NCBI GenBank assembly: GCA_029012125.1
Contig: JAQXLM010000147.1
Coordinates: 2,014 to 66,013 of the forward strand
DNA length: 64,000 bases
Origin: Eubacteriaceae bacterium
GTDB lineage: Bacteria > Bacillota > Clostridia > Peptostreptococcales > Anaerovoracaceae
Direction of reading: 5' to 3'
How positions within the stretch are numbered: position 1 is the stretch's first letter; the number at the start of each line of letters is the position of its first letter. The position numbers and the translations under genes are program-made. The notes under the pieces are model-generated. The model searched no databases, had not been told where the DNA came from, and saw only the letters and a list, made by a program, of their open reading frames with translations. Below are positions 39,263-50,094 of the stretch, in pieces.

Positions 39263-40268
39263 TTATCAAAATCTCCTCAATATCCAGTACTGAATTCTGA
39301 ATTGTGTCAACTACGCCTTCCTCTACATACGGAATTGCTTTCAGTATGGTCTGTTTAACAGCAAGAGCATCGGATGATCCGTGCATCTTCAGCATTGCGC
39401 CTTTTACTCCCAGCAACGGTGCACCACCGTATTCCGCATAGTTAAATTCCTTCTTTATTCCCTTAAGCTGTTCCTTAAGAAGCATAGCACCAACCTTAGC
39501 TTTTGTATTTGACAGGAATCTTTTCTTCATTTCTCTCAGAACCATAAGGCCAAGTCCTTCGGTCAGCTTCAGAATGGCGTTTCCTGTAAATCCGTCTGTT
39601 ACAATTACGTCTGCAGCTGCATTCTGCAGTTCTCTTGCTTCGATATATCCTAAGAAATTAAGGTTGCTCTTGTTAAGCAGCTCATAGGCAGCCTTTGTAA
39701 GGGCTGTACCCTTTCCTTCCTCTGTACCGTTGTTTACAAGGCCGATAGTCGGATTCTTCCTTCCCAGAACCTTTTCCATATAGATACTTCCCATAATACC
39801 GAATTCCAGCAGATTGTTAGGTTTACACTCTGCATTTGCTCCTGTATCTACGAGAATTGATGGCTGATGGCCGATCACCGGATATACTGTAGCCAATGTA
39901 GGTCTGTCAATACCCTGAATTCTTCCGAGAATGAAAAGTCCGCCTGCAAGCAGTGCACCTGTACTTCCTGCAGATAAGAACACATCGGCTTCACCGTTCT
40001 TAAGCATGTTCAGTCCCTTGACAATGGAAGAATCTTTCTTGGATCTTACCGCTCTTACAGGGGCTTCATCGTTACCTATCACCTGGCTGGCATGTACAAC
40101 ACTAATCCTGTCACCCTTATAGCCTTTCACCTTTAGGGTGTTCTTTACCAGGTCCTCATCTCCAATCAGTATGATTTCGTCTTTGATTTCCTTTACTGCT
40201 TCAATTGCGCCCTCTACGATAGATAGTGGTGCATAATCTCCACCCATTGCATCTATTAGTATTCTCAT
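39255..40268 (-). CDS. plsX: Phosphate acyltransferase PlsX
   Basis: IDAMGGDYAP, SAGSTGAL, DGFTGN, GGAPLLG and KMHGSS motifs. ATG 40268 after AGGAGG. Confidence 0.96.
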   Translation of the reverse strand: MRILIDAMGGDYAPLSIVEGAIEAVKEIKDEIILIGDEDLVKNTLKVKGYKGDRISVVHASQVIGNDEAPVRAVRSKKDSSIVKGLNMLKNGEADVFLSAGSTGALLAGGLFILGRIQGIDRPTLATVYPVIGHQPSILVDTGANAECKPNNLLEFGIMGSIYMEKVLGRKNPTIGLVNNGTEEGKGTALTKAAYELLNKSNLNFLGYIEARELQNAAADVIVTDGFTGNAILKLTEGLGLMVLREMKKRFLSNTKAKVGAMLLKEQLKGIKKEFNYAEYGGAPLLGVKGAMLKMHGSSDALAVKQTILKAIPYVEEGVVDTIQNSVLDIEEILISE

Positions 40269-40360
40269 GAAAAATCCTCCTATATCACATAAATATACAG
40301 AATATATGATAGCATAAAACACCCGATAATGCAATGATTCTCGCAAATACATACAACCAC

Positions 40361-40401
40361 AAAAAGAAAACCCGGAAAAACAAAACAGTTCTTCCGAGCT
40401 T
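40361..40401 (-). terminator. Intrinsic terminator after glyA (a second hairpin at 40415-40439 precedes it)
   Basis: GCTCGGAAGA...TTTTCCGGGT followed by a T-rich tail. Confidence 0.6.
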
Positions 40402-40464
40402 GCCGGCAGTCTAAGAAAGCCGAAACAGATCCGGCTCTCATATTTCATATAGTATTATGTAGTA

Positions 40465-41709
40465 TTAAGCTTCCTCAACCATTTCTTTAACTACAGCGTC
40501 GATTTTTCTTGCAACCTCTCTGAAGTCGTCTTCTTTATATCCTCTTGTAGTCATAGGTGCGGTACCGATTCTAACACCGCTTGTTTCCTTAGGTGAGCGT
40601 TTTTCGTTTGGTACACAGTTCTTATTCAGTGTAATACCGACTTCGTCTAATCTGTCCTGAAGATCCTTGCCGCTGAATGGGAATTCTGACAGATCCAGAA
40701 GGAACAGATGGTTGTCAGTTCCTCCGGTTACAACATTGTAACCCATCTTAATGAATTCATCACAGAAAGCTGCACAGTTTGCAACAACCTGCTTTGTGTA
40801 TTCCTTATATTCAGGAGTCAAAGCTTCTTCAGCACATACTGCCTTTCCTGCAATAACATGCTCCAGAGGACCGCCCTGTGCATATGGAAATACTGCACTG
40901 TCAATCTTCTTAGCCAGCTCAGGTCTTGCAAAAATAAGACCGCCTCTTGGACCTCTAAGTGTTTTATGTGTAGTAGTTGTTACGATATCTGCATATCCGA
41001 AAGGTGATGGATGAACTCCTCCTGCAACAAGTCCGGCAATATGTGCCATATCTACCATAAAGTATGCTCCAACTTCCTTAGCTATCTCTGCAAACTTAGG
41101 GAAATCGATGATTCTGGAATATGCACTTGCGCCGGTAAGGATAAGTTTGGGCTTGATTTCAAGAGCTTTTCTTCTTACGTCTTCCATATCGATAAAGCCT
41201 TTTTCATCAACGTCGTAGAAAGCCATGTTGTAAAGCTTTCCGCTGAAGTTTACTGATGATCCGTGTGTCAGATGTCCACCATTATCCAGTGTAAGAGAAA
41301 GAATTGTATCTCCCGGATTCAAAATAGCCTTATATGCTGCAAAGTTAGCCTGTGATCCACTGTGAGGCTGAACGTTTACATGATAGTCAGTATTGAAAAC
41401 CTTTCTCCAGGTATCGCAGCAGTATTCTTCCAGTTCATCCACAAATTTAGTACCACCGTAGTATCTGCTGGTGTTACCTGATGTTCTTACATAAGGATAT
41501 CCTTCTGCATATTTCCATGACAAACAGCTTCCGCATGCAGCTAATACAGCTTCTGAACAGTAGTTTTCAGAGGCGATAAGCTCGATGTTGTTCTTCTGTC
41601 TGTTGTATTCCTGTTCGATTAAAGAACCGACAATCGGTGATGTCTTTTTAATAAACTCATAATTTTCTACATTGTAAGTGCTGTTATCTGTAGCATCTTT
41701 ATTAAACAT
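40465..41709 (-). CDS. glyA: Serine hydroxymethyltransferase
   Basis: [28 protein letters not shown] and [13 protein letters not shown] motifs. Confidence 0.98.
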   Translation of the reverse strand: MFNKDATDNSTYNVENYEFIKKTSPIVGSLIEQEYNRQKNNIELIASENYCSEAVLAACGSCLSWKYAEGYPYVRTSGNTSRYYGGTKFVDELEEYCCDTWRKVFNTDYHVNVQPHSGSQANFAAYKAILNPGDTILSLTLDNGGHLTHGSSVNFSGKLYNMAFYDVDEKGFIDMEDVRRKALEIKPKLILTGASAYSRIIDFPKFAEIAKEVGAYFMVDMAHIAGLVAGGVHPSPFGYADIVTTTTHKTLRGPRGGLIFARPELAKKIDSAVFPYAQGGPLEHVIAGKAVCAEEALTPEYKEYTKQVVANCAAFCDEFIKMGYNVVTGGTDNHLFLLDLSEFPFSGKDLQDRLDEVGITLNKNCVPNEKRSPKETSGVRIGTAPMTTRGYKEDDFREVARKIDAVVKEMVEEA

Positions 41710-41760
41710 TGTGATTCTCCCTTTCCTTGTCTTTTGTAATTAAACACGCATTTTATTTTA

Positions 41761-42396
41761 CTACCATTCTTCACTCTTTTCAAGCTGTAATATTGATACC
41801 TCATAAGCCACTTTATTTTCTACCGAGCCGTCTTCTCTTTTCTTTCTGTATTCTCTGCTCTGTAATCTGCCTGTAATAGAAATATGGTCGCCTACATCCA
41901 GATCTTCCCCGTATATGGCGTTTCTTCCCCATGCAATACAAGGAATATAGTCAGATTTGTTATACAGTCGGTTTACAGCAAGCATTATGTCACAAATTCT
42001 TCTGCCCAGAGGCGATATTCTTCCTACAGGCTGTTTGCAAATAAATCCGTCTAGGTAAATCTGATTAAAGGGTTCCTCATCAAAGTCAACATTCTCAATT
42101 TCCTTGGCAAACACCACAATATTAAGCTTGTTTTTTCCGTTTACATCCTCGTTATAGGTTCTGATTTGTCCGTCAACTATTATCATTTCTCCGGGACATA
42201 TATCCAGTTTTCCAATAATTCTTTCAGATACCATAATAACGATATTATCCTCATAGCCACTGTTTCTCATAACAGAAAGGACAAAGGTGTAGAAGCTTTC
42301 TCCATAAGTTTTATGGCTAAAAACAAGCTCATCTTTTACTTCCCCGCAAAGATGAGCTATGTTTGAATCTACTTTACAATCAGACGTATACATCAT
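41761..42396 (-). CDS. Tandem two-OB-fold single-stranded DNA-binding-like protein
   Basis: Two SSB-like halves (GQIRTYN; LAVNR..KSDYIPCIAWGRNA..GRLQSREY). No long disordered tail ending in DDxPF. Confidence 0.8.
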   Translation of the reverse strand: MMYTSDCKVDSNIAHLCGEVKDELVFSHKTYGESFYTFVLSVMRNSGYEDNIVIMVSERIIGKLDICPGEMIIVDGQIRTYNEDVNGKNKLNIVVFAKEIENVDFDEEPFNQIYLDGFICKQPVGRISPLGRRICDIMLAVNRLYNKSDYIPCIAWGRNAIYGEDLDVGDHISITGRLQSREYRKKREDGSVENKVAYEVSILQLEKSEEW

Positions 42397-42457
42397 ATTC
42401 TCCCTCCCACATACCAATAGTAAATTGTATTGCGGTGGGTTAAAAATATGACTATAT

Positions 42458-42886
42458 CTATTGTTTTATTATTCTGTTTATATACTTTGTTATTATTGCA
42501 ATGGCAACAAATCCTACAACGATACCCAGTGCAATATACAAGGCGTCCATTCCGTTTTCAGCAAGTGCTGCCTGATCAGAAGATACAATGCCATAAACTG
42601 CATAATACAGCTTCCCTCCCGGAATAAGAGGTACAGCCGAAGCCGTAAGAAAAATAGTCGTAGGAGCCTTGTTTAGTCTTGCCATCAATTCGGCATAAAC
42701 TCCCACAAACAGCGAAGCCACCAGGGTAGAAAAGAACACCTTAGGTACCACACTGTATACAGCAAGATAAATAGCCCAGGTTATCAGGCCTCCGATTCCG
42801 GCGAATATTATCTGTTTTCCTTTAATTTTCAATATAAAAGCAAAACCCAGGGAGCCAAGAAAAGCGGCAATTAATTGAACAATCAT
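42458..42886 (-). CDS. Threonine/serine exporter, ThrE C-terminal-type subunit
   Basis: Hydrophobic, PLIPGG..Y motif, paired with the upstream ThrE gene. Confidence 0.8.
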   Translation of the reverse strand: MIVQLIAAFLGSLGFAFILKIKGKQIIFAGIGGLITWAIYLAVYSVVPKVFFSTLVASLFVGVYAELMARLNKAPTTIFLTASAVPLIPGGKLYYAVYGIVSSDQAALAENGMDALYIALGIVVGFVAIAIITKYINRIIKQ

Positions 42887-43650
42887 AGCACACCTCCAAA
42901 CAGAATAATGCTCAGAGCAAATCCACAGGCTATGGAAGCCGCAACTATAATAGAATCAACCAGCCTCAGCATGCCGGAAGCTATATCACCCATAAGCATA
43001 TCTCTCAGAGCATTGGTCATGGCAATACCGGGAATCAGCAGCATGATTGCGCCTATCATAATCTTGTCCGGATTACTGCCAATCCCTAATTCAACAAGAA
43101 GAAGAGACAGAATTCCCGCCACAAGAGAAACAACAAAGTTATATATCAGCTGATTTTCCTCTCTAAGAGACAGAAAGCCTCCAAACAGAACAATGACAAT
43201 TCCAACTGTGCTTGCTCCCAGAAAATCCAGCCATGTACCTCCGAAAAATACGGCAAAACCACCTGCGGCCAGGACTGCTCCCAGATAACTCAGCATCCTA
43301 GGCTGCTTCTTTCTGTTCAGTACTTCTGAAAGCTGCTCCTGAAGAGCAACAGGTTCAGGTGTGGTTGCACAGATTCTTCGACAAAGGTCATTAAGATAAT
43401 CCAGCCGGTCAAAGTTTACATCGTTACGCATAATTCTTCTGATCTGGGTGATTATGCTTCCGTCAGGAACCTCTACCGTAACCTGTATGTTTGAGGTAAT
43501 AATAAAAACATTAACACGTCCCGGTGTTGCACCGTATGCGACACACATTCTTTCGATACTGTCTTCAACACGACTTACTTCTGCACCGGCAACTATCATT
43601 TCCTCGCCTACATCGAGAATTCCCTGAAGTATCTTATCATAATTTGACAT
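42883..43650 (-). CDS. Threonine/serine exporter, ThrE family
   Basis: GAEVSRVEDSIER and LIPGIAMTNALRD motifs. Confidence 0.85.
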   Translation of the reverse strand: MSNYDKILQGILDVGEEMIVAGAEVSRVEDSIERMCVAYGATPGRVNVFIITSNIQVTVEVPDGSIITQIRRIMRNDVNFDRLDYLNDLCRRICATTPEPVALQEQLSEVLNRKKQPRMLSYLGAVLAAGGFAVFFGGTWLDFLGASTVGIVIVLFGGFLSLREENQLIYNFVVSLVAGILSLLLVELGIGSNPDKIMIGAIMLLIPGIAMTNALRDMLMGDIASGMLRLVDSIIVAASIACGFALSIILFGGVL

Positions 43651-44096
43651 TATTCAATCTCCAGTTTCATAATCTCAGGGAAACACTTTTTCTGAAACTG
43701 TGGGCAATGCTTGCACTCAAAAAAGTCAGGCGCTTTATCAGGCTCTACCGTCACAAAGCCTTTCTTTCTGAAAAACTCAGGCGCTCTGGCTACCAGAGTA
43801 ATGCTGTTGCCGCCAAGCTCCTTTACTACTTTTATGGCCTTTTCAAGCATTACATTACCGATATTCATTTTTCTGTACATCGGGTCTACTGCAATGCCGT
43901 CTATGATGTATTCGCCCTGCCTTTTGGCGATTACGACACCTCCAACCAGGAAATCATCATCTCCGTGTGTTACCTTGTAGCATCTGACAATATCAGTTGT
44001 AACTTCTTCATCGCCATTAAACTCAAGGTCGTTTTTTACAAAAAATTCAACCAGTCTGTCATATTCGTCAGTCTGTTTCATCGTTACTCGAAGCAT
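43650..44096 (-). CDS. GNAT acetyltransferase (short ArgA-like)
   Basis: IAVDPMYRKMNIG acetyl-CoA motif, PEFFRKKGF and ECKHCP...C. Confidence 0.75.
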   Translation of the reverse strand: MLRVTMKQTDEYDRLVEFFVKNDLEFNGDEEVTTDIVRCYKVTHGDDDFLVGGVVIAKRQGEYIIDGIAVDPMYRKMNIGNVMLEKAIKVVKELGGNSITLVARAPEFFRKKGFVTVEPDKAPDFFECKHCPQFQKKCFPEIMKLEIE

Positions 44097-45373
44097 TTTC
44101 TTAATATCCCCCTAATCTCACCTATTAAATACAGTGATCCCGCAAATAAAACGAAATCGTAATCATTAAGTTTTGATAAAGCCAGTTCTGCGGCACGGCA
44201 GCCTTCTTCTGAAATCAGGCACCTGCCTCCCTTTTCTTCTATTCTTTTTGCAAGGACAGCCGCTTCCATTTTTCTCGGATTATCCGGCTGTGTAACTATA
44301 AAATCATCAGCAATTGCCCTGAAGCTGTTGAGAACTTCGTCGACATTTTTGTCAGCAAGGATTCCTACTACCATAAGAGGTTTAACTTCTCTGAAATACT
44401 TGTGAACAGCATTCTTCAAAGCTGCCGCCCCATCCGGATTGTGTGCTCCGTCAATTATCACATAAGGATTCTTTTTCATCACTTCAAAACGACCCATATG
44501 TCTGGCATTTTCAAATCCTTTAACAATAGCATCATTGTCCAGCTCCAAGGTTTTGCTTCTTCTCATGACTATCAAAGCCGTCAAAGCAGCCATAGCATTC
44601 TCCAGCTGGTGCTGTCCCAGCATGTGAACTTTCAGCCGGAAGCTTTCACCTAAAACATCTGCTTTGAAAACATATCCGTCTAGGCTGTCTTCAAGGACAT
44701 CATAAGTACCATCGCCGGAATAATAAAGCTCTGCACCTTTATCCTCAGCTGTTTTTCTTATTACCTGAAGTGCCTCTTCATTTCGTACACTGGTAATTAC
44801 AGGACATCCTTTCTTGATTATACCTGCTTTTTCGGAAGCGATTTCAGAAATGGTTTCTCCCAGTCTGTCTGTATGATCCAGGGAAATGGATGTAATAACA
44901 CTTGCAAGAGGTTCCTTTACAACATTTGTTGAATCTCCTAATCCTCCAAGTCCCACCTCCAGTACAACGTATTCAGCATTTTTCTCTTTAAAATACAGAA
45001 AAGCGATAACCGTTATGATTTCAAACTCTGTGGGAGAATCAAAACCTTCAGCAATCATTTCTTCAGTCTTTTCCACTACCCGGTCTGTGTAGACTTGAAG
45101 ATCCTCGTCTGAAATGTATTCATGATTTAACTCTATTCTTTCGTTAAACACCTCTATAAAAGGTGAGGTATACAGACCGGTTCTATATCCTCCGGCCTGT
45201 AACACTTCGTAAATAAATCTGCATACTGAACCTTTCCCGTTAGTTCCGGCAACATGTACAACCTTAAGGTCATCCTGTGGATTGCCAAGCTTATCCAGAA
45301 GAACGGTCATTCTCTCCAGGCCCAGAACGCTTCCGAATTTCTTAAATTCACTTATTTTATCAATGGGATTCAT
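44084..45373 (-). CDS. folC: Folylpolyglutamate/dihydrofolate synthase
   Basis: HVAGTNGKGS, EVGLGG, DGAHN and AGSLYL motifs. Follows valS. Confidence 0.95.
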   Translation of the reverse strand: MNPIDKISEFKKFGSVLGLERMTVLLDKLGNPQDDLKVVHVAGTNGKGSVCRFIYEVLQAGGYRTGLYTSPFIEVFNERIELNHEYISDEDLQVYTDRVVEKTEEMIAEGFDSPTEFEIITVIAFLYFKEKNAEYVVLEVGLGGLGDSTNVVKEPLASVITSISLDHTDRLGETISEIASEKAGIIKKGCPVITSVRNEEALQVIRKTAEDKGAELYYSGDGTYDVLEDSLDGYVFKADVLGESFRLKVHMLGQHQLENAMAALTALIVMRRSKTLELDNDAIVKGFENARHMGRFEVMKKNPYVIIDGAHNPDGAAALKNAVHKYFREVKPLMVVGILADKNVDEVLNSFRAIADDFIVTQPDNPRKMEAAVLAKRIEEKGGRCLISEEGCRAAELALSKLNDYDFVLFAGSLYLIGEIRGILRKCFE

Positions 45374-45377
45374 TATA

Positions 45378-48119
45378 TTATTTGTTCACTTTCTTTTCTA
45401 CTAAAGCAAGTCTTTCAACAACCTTTTCAAGCATTCCCTCATACTTAACCTGCTTTTCCTTTTCTTCGTTGATAACCTTTTCAGGTGCCTTGGAAATGAA
45501 GCCCTGATTTGAAAGCTTTCCTTTTACTCTGGCAACTTCCCCTTCAAGCTTTTTCTTTTCTTTGGTCAGTCTCTCCAACTCTGCGTTGAAGTCTACAAGA
45601 TCATCAAGTGGAATGAAGATTTCTGCTCCGTTAATTACAGCAGACATAACTTCTTCAGGTACTTCTGCCTTGTCTGTTACAAATGTGATATCTGTAATAT
45701 TGGAAAGGTCTTTAATATATCTTTCTGCGCTCTCAATTACTTCCATGTTATGTCCTTCAGCAAAAATTACAGCTCTCAGCGGCTTGCTCGGTGCAGCCTC
45801 CGCTTCAGCTCTGATATTTCTGATGGCACGAATAGCATCCATAGCTACCTCTATTCTGGCTTCTTCTTCAGAGAATACTCGCTCTTCAGAAAATTCAGGC
45901 CATTTTGCCTTGATCAGGAAGCAGTCAGGATTGTTTTCTCTCTCACAAATAGAATGAGGCAGGAATGACCAGATTTCTTCTGTGATAAATGGCATGAACG
46001 GATGCAGCAGTTCCAGCATGTTCTTAAGAACCATAACCAGTACGAATCTTACAACCTTCTTATCCTCTTCGTCATCTGACCAGAGTCTCTTCTTAACCAG
46101 TTCAATATACCAGTCACAGTACTCATTCCATATCAGCTCATATACTCTCTGGCCGGCAAGTGCCAGGTCATATTTTTCAAGAGCCTTTGTAACATAATCA
46201 GCTGCGCTGTTAACTCTGCTGATAATCCACTTATCCTCATCCCTTAGTGCAATATTACTGAAGTTCGTAGTGTCTCCGCATGCCATTCCGCAGCAGTCGC
46301 CACAGCACTTGGCCATTTCTCTGAAGTCACCGTTTTCATCCTGAAGATTCATAATTACAAATCTGGAAGCATTCCACAGCTTATTGGCAAAGTTTCTCGC
46401 CGCTTCTATTTTATCTTCGGTAAATCTCATGTCGTTGCCCGGTGTAATACCGTTTGTCAGCATGAATCTCAGAGCATCTGCACCGTACTGGTCAATAACT
46501 TCAAGAGGATCTATACCGTTACCTAAGGACTTACTCATTTTTCTTCCCTGAGCATCTCGAACAAGACCATGGATATATACATCATGGAACGGAATGTCAT
46601 TCATGGCTTCGCAGCCTGAGAATACCATTCTTACTACCCAGAAGAAAATAATGTCATAACCTGTTACAAGTACGTCTGTAGGATAGAAATATTCCAGTTC
46701 CGGAGTCTTTTCAGGCCAGCCTAAAGTGGAGAATGGCCATAAAGCTGATGAAAACCATGTGTCCAGAACATCTTCGTCCTGCTTCAGGTTAGTGCTTCCG
46801 CATTTAGTACATGCGTGAGGTGTATCTTCAGCAACTACTATTTCACCGCAATCCTGGCAATACCATGCAGGGATTCTGTGACCCCACCAGAGCTGTCTTG
46901 AAATACACCAGTCTCTGATTTCTTCCAGCCAGTGAAGATATGTCTTTTCAAATCTTTCAGGAACATGGCGAAGCTTACCGGATTTAGCAGCTTCAATTGC
47001 AGGCTTTGCAAGTTCCTCCATCTTAACAAACCACTGATCGGAAAGCATAGGCTCAATTACAGTATGGCATCTGTAGCACTGACCTACAGGAATCACCTTT
47101 TCTTCAGTTTTTACCAGATAACCTGCAGCATCCAGGTCGGCAACCCACTGCTTTCTGCATTCATATCTGTCCATGCCCTCGTATTTGCCTGCAAGGCTGT
47201 TCATCGTAGCATCTGGGTTTATACATGAAATACTTTCCAGATTTGCGCGCTGTCCCACTTCAAAGTCGTTAGGGTCATGTGCAGGAGTAATCTTTACCGC
47301 GCCTGTTCCCTTTTCAGGATCCGGATACTGGTCAGCTATAATTGGAATTTCCTTTCCTACAAGAGGAAGTATAACTTTCTTTCCAACCATGTCCTTATAT
47401 CTTTCATCACTTGGATGAACTGCAATTGCAACGTCTCCGAACATTGTCTCAGGTCTTGATGTTGCAACGATCATATCCTTTCCGCCTTCTTCAGCAGCAG
47501 GATATCTGAAATACCAGTACATTCCGTTCTTATCCTCGTGGTCAACTTCTGCATCAGACAGTGAAGTTCCACATTCAGGGCACCAGTTTATCAGTCTGTT
47601 TCCTTTGTAAATCAGTCCCTTTTCGTATAGCTTTACGAAGAAATGTCTTACAGCCTTGTTACAGCCTTCATCCATTGTGAATCTTTCTCTGCTCCAGTCA
47701 CAGGAATCTCCCAGCTTTCTGCACTGTCTCGTTATTCTTCCACCGTATTCTTCCTTCCATGCCCATGCTCTCCTGAGGAATTCCTCACGTCCTAGTTCTT
47801 CCTTTTCCTTGCCTTCTTCATTTCTGATTTTTTCTACGACCTTTACTTCCGTAGCAATACTTGCATGGTCAGATCCGGGCAGCCAAAGTGCACTGTATCC
47901 CTGCATTCTTTTCCACCTTGTCAGAACATCCTGAAGTGTCTGATCAAGAGCATGGCCCATGTGAAGCTGTCCTGTAATATTTGGAGGCGGCATCACAATT
48001 GCAAAAGGTTCCTTGTCAGGGTCAACCTCTGCTCTAAATGCGCCATTTTCTTCCCACATAGCATAGATTCTGTCCTCAAAGTCTTTAGGATTGTAAGTTT
48101 TAGCTAAATTCTTTTCCAT
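45378..48119 (-). CDS. valS: Valine--tRNA ligase
   Basis: [29 protein letters not shown] and C-terminal coiled coil. Confidence 0.98.
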   Translation of the reverse strand: MEKNLAKTYNPKDFEDRIYAMWEENGAFRAEVDPDKEPFAIVMPPPNITGQLHMGHALDQTLQDVLTRWKRMQGYSALWLPGSDHASIATEVKVVEKIRNEEGKEKEELGREEFLRRAWAWKEEYGGRITRQCRKLGDSCDWSRERFTMDEGCNKAVRHFFVKLYEKGLIYKGNRLINWCPECGTSLSDAEVDHEDKNGMYWYFRYPAAEEGGKDMIVATSRPETMFGDVAIAVHPSDERYKDMVGKKVILPLVGKEIPIIADQYPDPEKGTGAVKITPAHDPNDFEVGQRANLESISCINPDATMNSLAGKYEGMDRYECRKQWVADLDAAGYLVKTEEKVIPVGQCYRCHTVIEPMLSDQWFVKMEELAKPAIEAAKSGKLRHVPERFEKTYLHWLEEIRDWCISRQLWWGHRIPAWYCQDCGEIVVAEDTPHACTKCGSTNLKQDEDVLDTWFSSALWPFSTLGWPEKTPELEYFYPTDVLVTGYDIIFFWVVRMVFSGCEAMNDIPFHDVYIHGLVRDAQGRKMSKSLGNGIDPLEVIDQYGADALRFMLTNGITPGNDMRFTEDKIEAARNFANKLWNASRFVIMNLQDENGDFREMAKCCGDCCGMACGDTTNFSNIALRDEDKWIISRVNSAADYVTKALEKYDLALAGQRVYELIWNEYCDWYIELVKKRLWSDDEEDKKVVRFVLVMVLKNMLELLHPFMPFITEEIWSFLPHSICERENNPDCFLIKAKWPEFSEERVFSEEEARIEVAMDAIRAIRNIRAEAEAAPSKPLRAVIFAEGHNMEVIESAERYIKDLSNITDITFVTDKAEVPEEVMSAVINGAEIFIPLDDLVDFNAELERLTKEKKKLEGEVARVKGKLSNQGFISKAPEKVINEEKEKQVKYEGMLEKVVERLALVEKKVNK

Positions 48120-48144
48120 CTTTCTTCCTCTCTTATTTATTCAT

Positions 48145-48353
48145 AAAATAAAATATCCCTTGCAGCATAAGCTGCAAAGGACGAAAATTTCCGCGGTACC
48201 ACCTTTGTTCCATATTAATAAAATAATATGACTCTCATTAATTCGGCAGGCTCCAAAGCAACCTTCCGTGGATACTGTCACCAGGGTCTCTCAGCCACGA
48301 ACCCTGTTCTCTGTAGAGCGTTTGTCTCACGTACTCCTCTTCTTCATAGCCTT
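48145..48353 (-). ncRNA. T-box riboswitch (Val specifier)
   Basis: Stem I with AGAGA/GCTGA motifs, GTA specifier at 48275-48273, AAGGTGGTACCGCGG T-box, and terminator CCTTTGCAGC-ttat-GCTGCAAGGG followed by a T run. Confidence 0.92.
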
Positions 48354-48406
48354 ATTCAGTTACCAAAATATTTTACACTATTTATAAAACAAATTCAAGC
48401 ATTTTA

Positions 48407-49504
48407 CTACCACTTGTTAAATACTTTCTCCGCAAAGCCAAGGAAGTCTCTCACTTCTATGATTTTTCCGTCATCGAGTATTGCCCGGCCTGTATACTTA
48501 CCGAATACCTGATGCTGATCTGAGCAGATAAGCTTTACATCTGTACAGGATGCACGATCTATAATAGGCACAAAATCCATCTCGAATCTGCCGTCATCTG
48601 AAGTGAAGGTCCAGGGACTCATATAGTCCTCGGTAGGATCAACTGTTTCTGCTTCAATACCTGATGCACCGCAGCACCCGCCTCTGGTGATGTACTTCCT
48701 GTTTTTCATAGGAATATTAAAGGTTACATTTCCAAGTTTGTGAGCTTTGTTATCGTAAAACAGCATGTTTTCCGTTGCGTCAGAAGTATCTCCAAAGCCA
48801 TATCCAATGTTCCATCCGAAAGGTACTCCGTCAGCAATCCCGCTTGCACTACCCCAGTACCAGGTGTTTTTATAGGTCCATACGCCTCTTCCCCAGTCCA
48901 GAACGCCAAAGCTTTCTCCTTCCTTAAACTCGTAGAGTTTATCGCCAAAGCGTACAGTTCCCCTTGCAGGCATGCAGTTAATCTTCTGATTATAATAGAA
49001 GGCCTTGGAATCTTCTTTAAACGGTGTTGCTATTACCATAGAATCCATATCCGGACATTCAAGATGTATTTTACCTTCTATAGGTTTTCCATCACAGAAA
49101 TTATCCATGTGAAACTCAAGGATTCTGTAGGAACCATGATTCTCATATGAAATGTGATACTTTTTGTTTCCACTTGCAACATTTCCCTCTTTGCTTGAAG
49201 GAGGCAGACATTTCCTTCCCAGAGTGAAAGGAGCCATTGGACTGTTAGTATGCTCCCAGGGTACGGTAAAATCCAGTAAAGAAATGCTGTCAAGACCCAT
49301 GTATGAATTGTCTGCAATGGTAAGAGCAATTGCAAATTTATGGCATGTTACCAGATAATAGTCCCATTCCTTAATTCTAAGCTTGCCGGCTTTGATTGCG
49401 CTGCGGTCATAATCTAAAATGAGACTGCGTGCAAAGCCCGGCTCCCTGAGACTTCCTTTTCCGTCAAGTAACGAACCTCTGTTTACAATTTCATGCTGTT
49501 TCAT
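48407..49504 (-). CDS. DUF2804 family protein
   Basis: KEWDYY, FYYNQKIN, LDWGRGVW, WYWGS and QHQVFG motifs. Confidence 0.75.
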   Translation of the reverse strand: MKQHEIVNRGSLLDGKGSLREPGFARSLILDYDRSAIKAGKLRIKEWDYYLVTCHKFAIALTIADNSYMGLDSISLLDFTVPWEHTNSPMAPFTLGRKCLPPSSKEGNVASGNKKYHISYENHGSYRILEFHMDNFCDGKPIEGKIHLECPDMDSMVIATPFKEDSKAFYYNQKINCMPARGTVRFGDKLYEFKEGESFGVLDWGRGVWTYKNTWYWGSASGIADGVPFGWNIGYGFGDTSDATENMLFYDNKAHKLGNVTFNIPMKNRKYITRGGCCGASGIEAETVDPTEDYMSPWTFTSDDGRFEMDFVPIIDRASCTDVKLICSDQHQVFGKYTGRAILDDGKIIEVRDFLGFAEKVFNKW

Positions 49505-49902
49505 TATTGTTCCTCCGAGCTTATTTTACTCTTAGCTTTTTTCATAAACTTATCTGATATTACTATAAATCTTTCATGGCTTCCTTCTCCTATTTTTCCG
49601 GCTTCGTCATAGGCCTCAACCTTGAAGGTAAGCTTTCTTCCATCAACCTGAACCAGTGTGCTTTCACACGTCACTTCCATCCCAAGAGGTGTTGCTGACA
49701 GGTGAGAAACGTTTAGACTTATGCCTACAGTTGATTCTCCCTCTTGAAGATAAGGTGCTACACTTTTCCAGCATGTTTTTTCCATCAAAGCTACCATAGC
49801 CGGGGTAGCAAAAACCGGCAGGATTCCGCTTCCTGCAGTAATAGCTGTATTATCTTCCGATACTTGTGTTTTCTGACTTCCTTTTATTCCAATTTCCAAC
49901 AT
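49504..49902 (-). CDS. Hot-dog fold thioesterase, FlK (fluoroacetyl-CoA thioesterase)-like
   Basis: VFATPAMVALME, TVG...VSHLSATPLG and GEGSHERF motifs. Confidence 0.85.
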   Translation of the reverse strand: MLEIGIKGSQKTQVSEDNTAITAGSGILPVFATPAMVALMEKTCWKSVAPYLQEGESTVGISLNVSHLSATPLGMEVTCESTLVQVDGRKLTFKVEAYDEAGKIGEGSHERFIVISDKFMKKAKSKISSEEQ

Positions 49903-50010
49903 ATCCGTTCCTCCGTTTTTATCTTATTTTGTATTATATCATTTTTTATATATTAACATAAAAAAATTGAAATTTTTGTTTAAAAAAACAAAATGACTTA
50001 TATGATATTG

Positions 50011-50039
50011 TTGACAGTGTACAAATTTGAGAGTATTAT
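50011..50039 (+). promoter_or_regulatory. sigma-A promoter of ilvE
   Basis: TTGACA-N17-TATTAT. Confidence 0.7.
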
Positions 50040-50094
50040 ATATAAAGGAAAAAAGTTTTATAATTCATAAAATAAATGAAAAGAGGGATAGACT

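Noticed and set aside
39255-40448. N-terminal extensions in the ORF track (plsX, gap, hppA, secG, ybaK, gpsA, ftsY, hom)
   Set aside because: They overlap promoters, terminators or upstream genes. Downstream starts match homolog N-termini and mostly have clear RBS.
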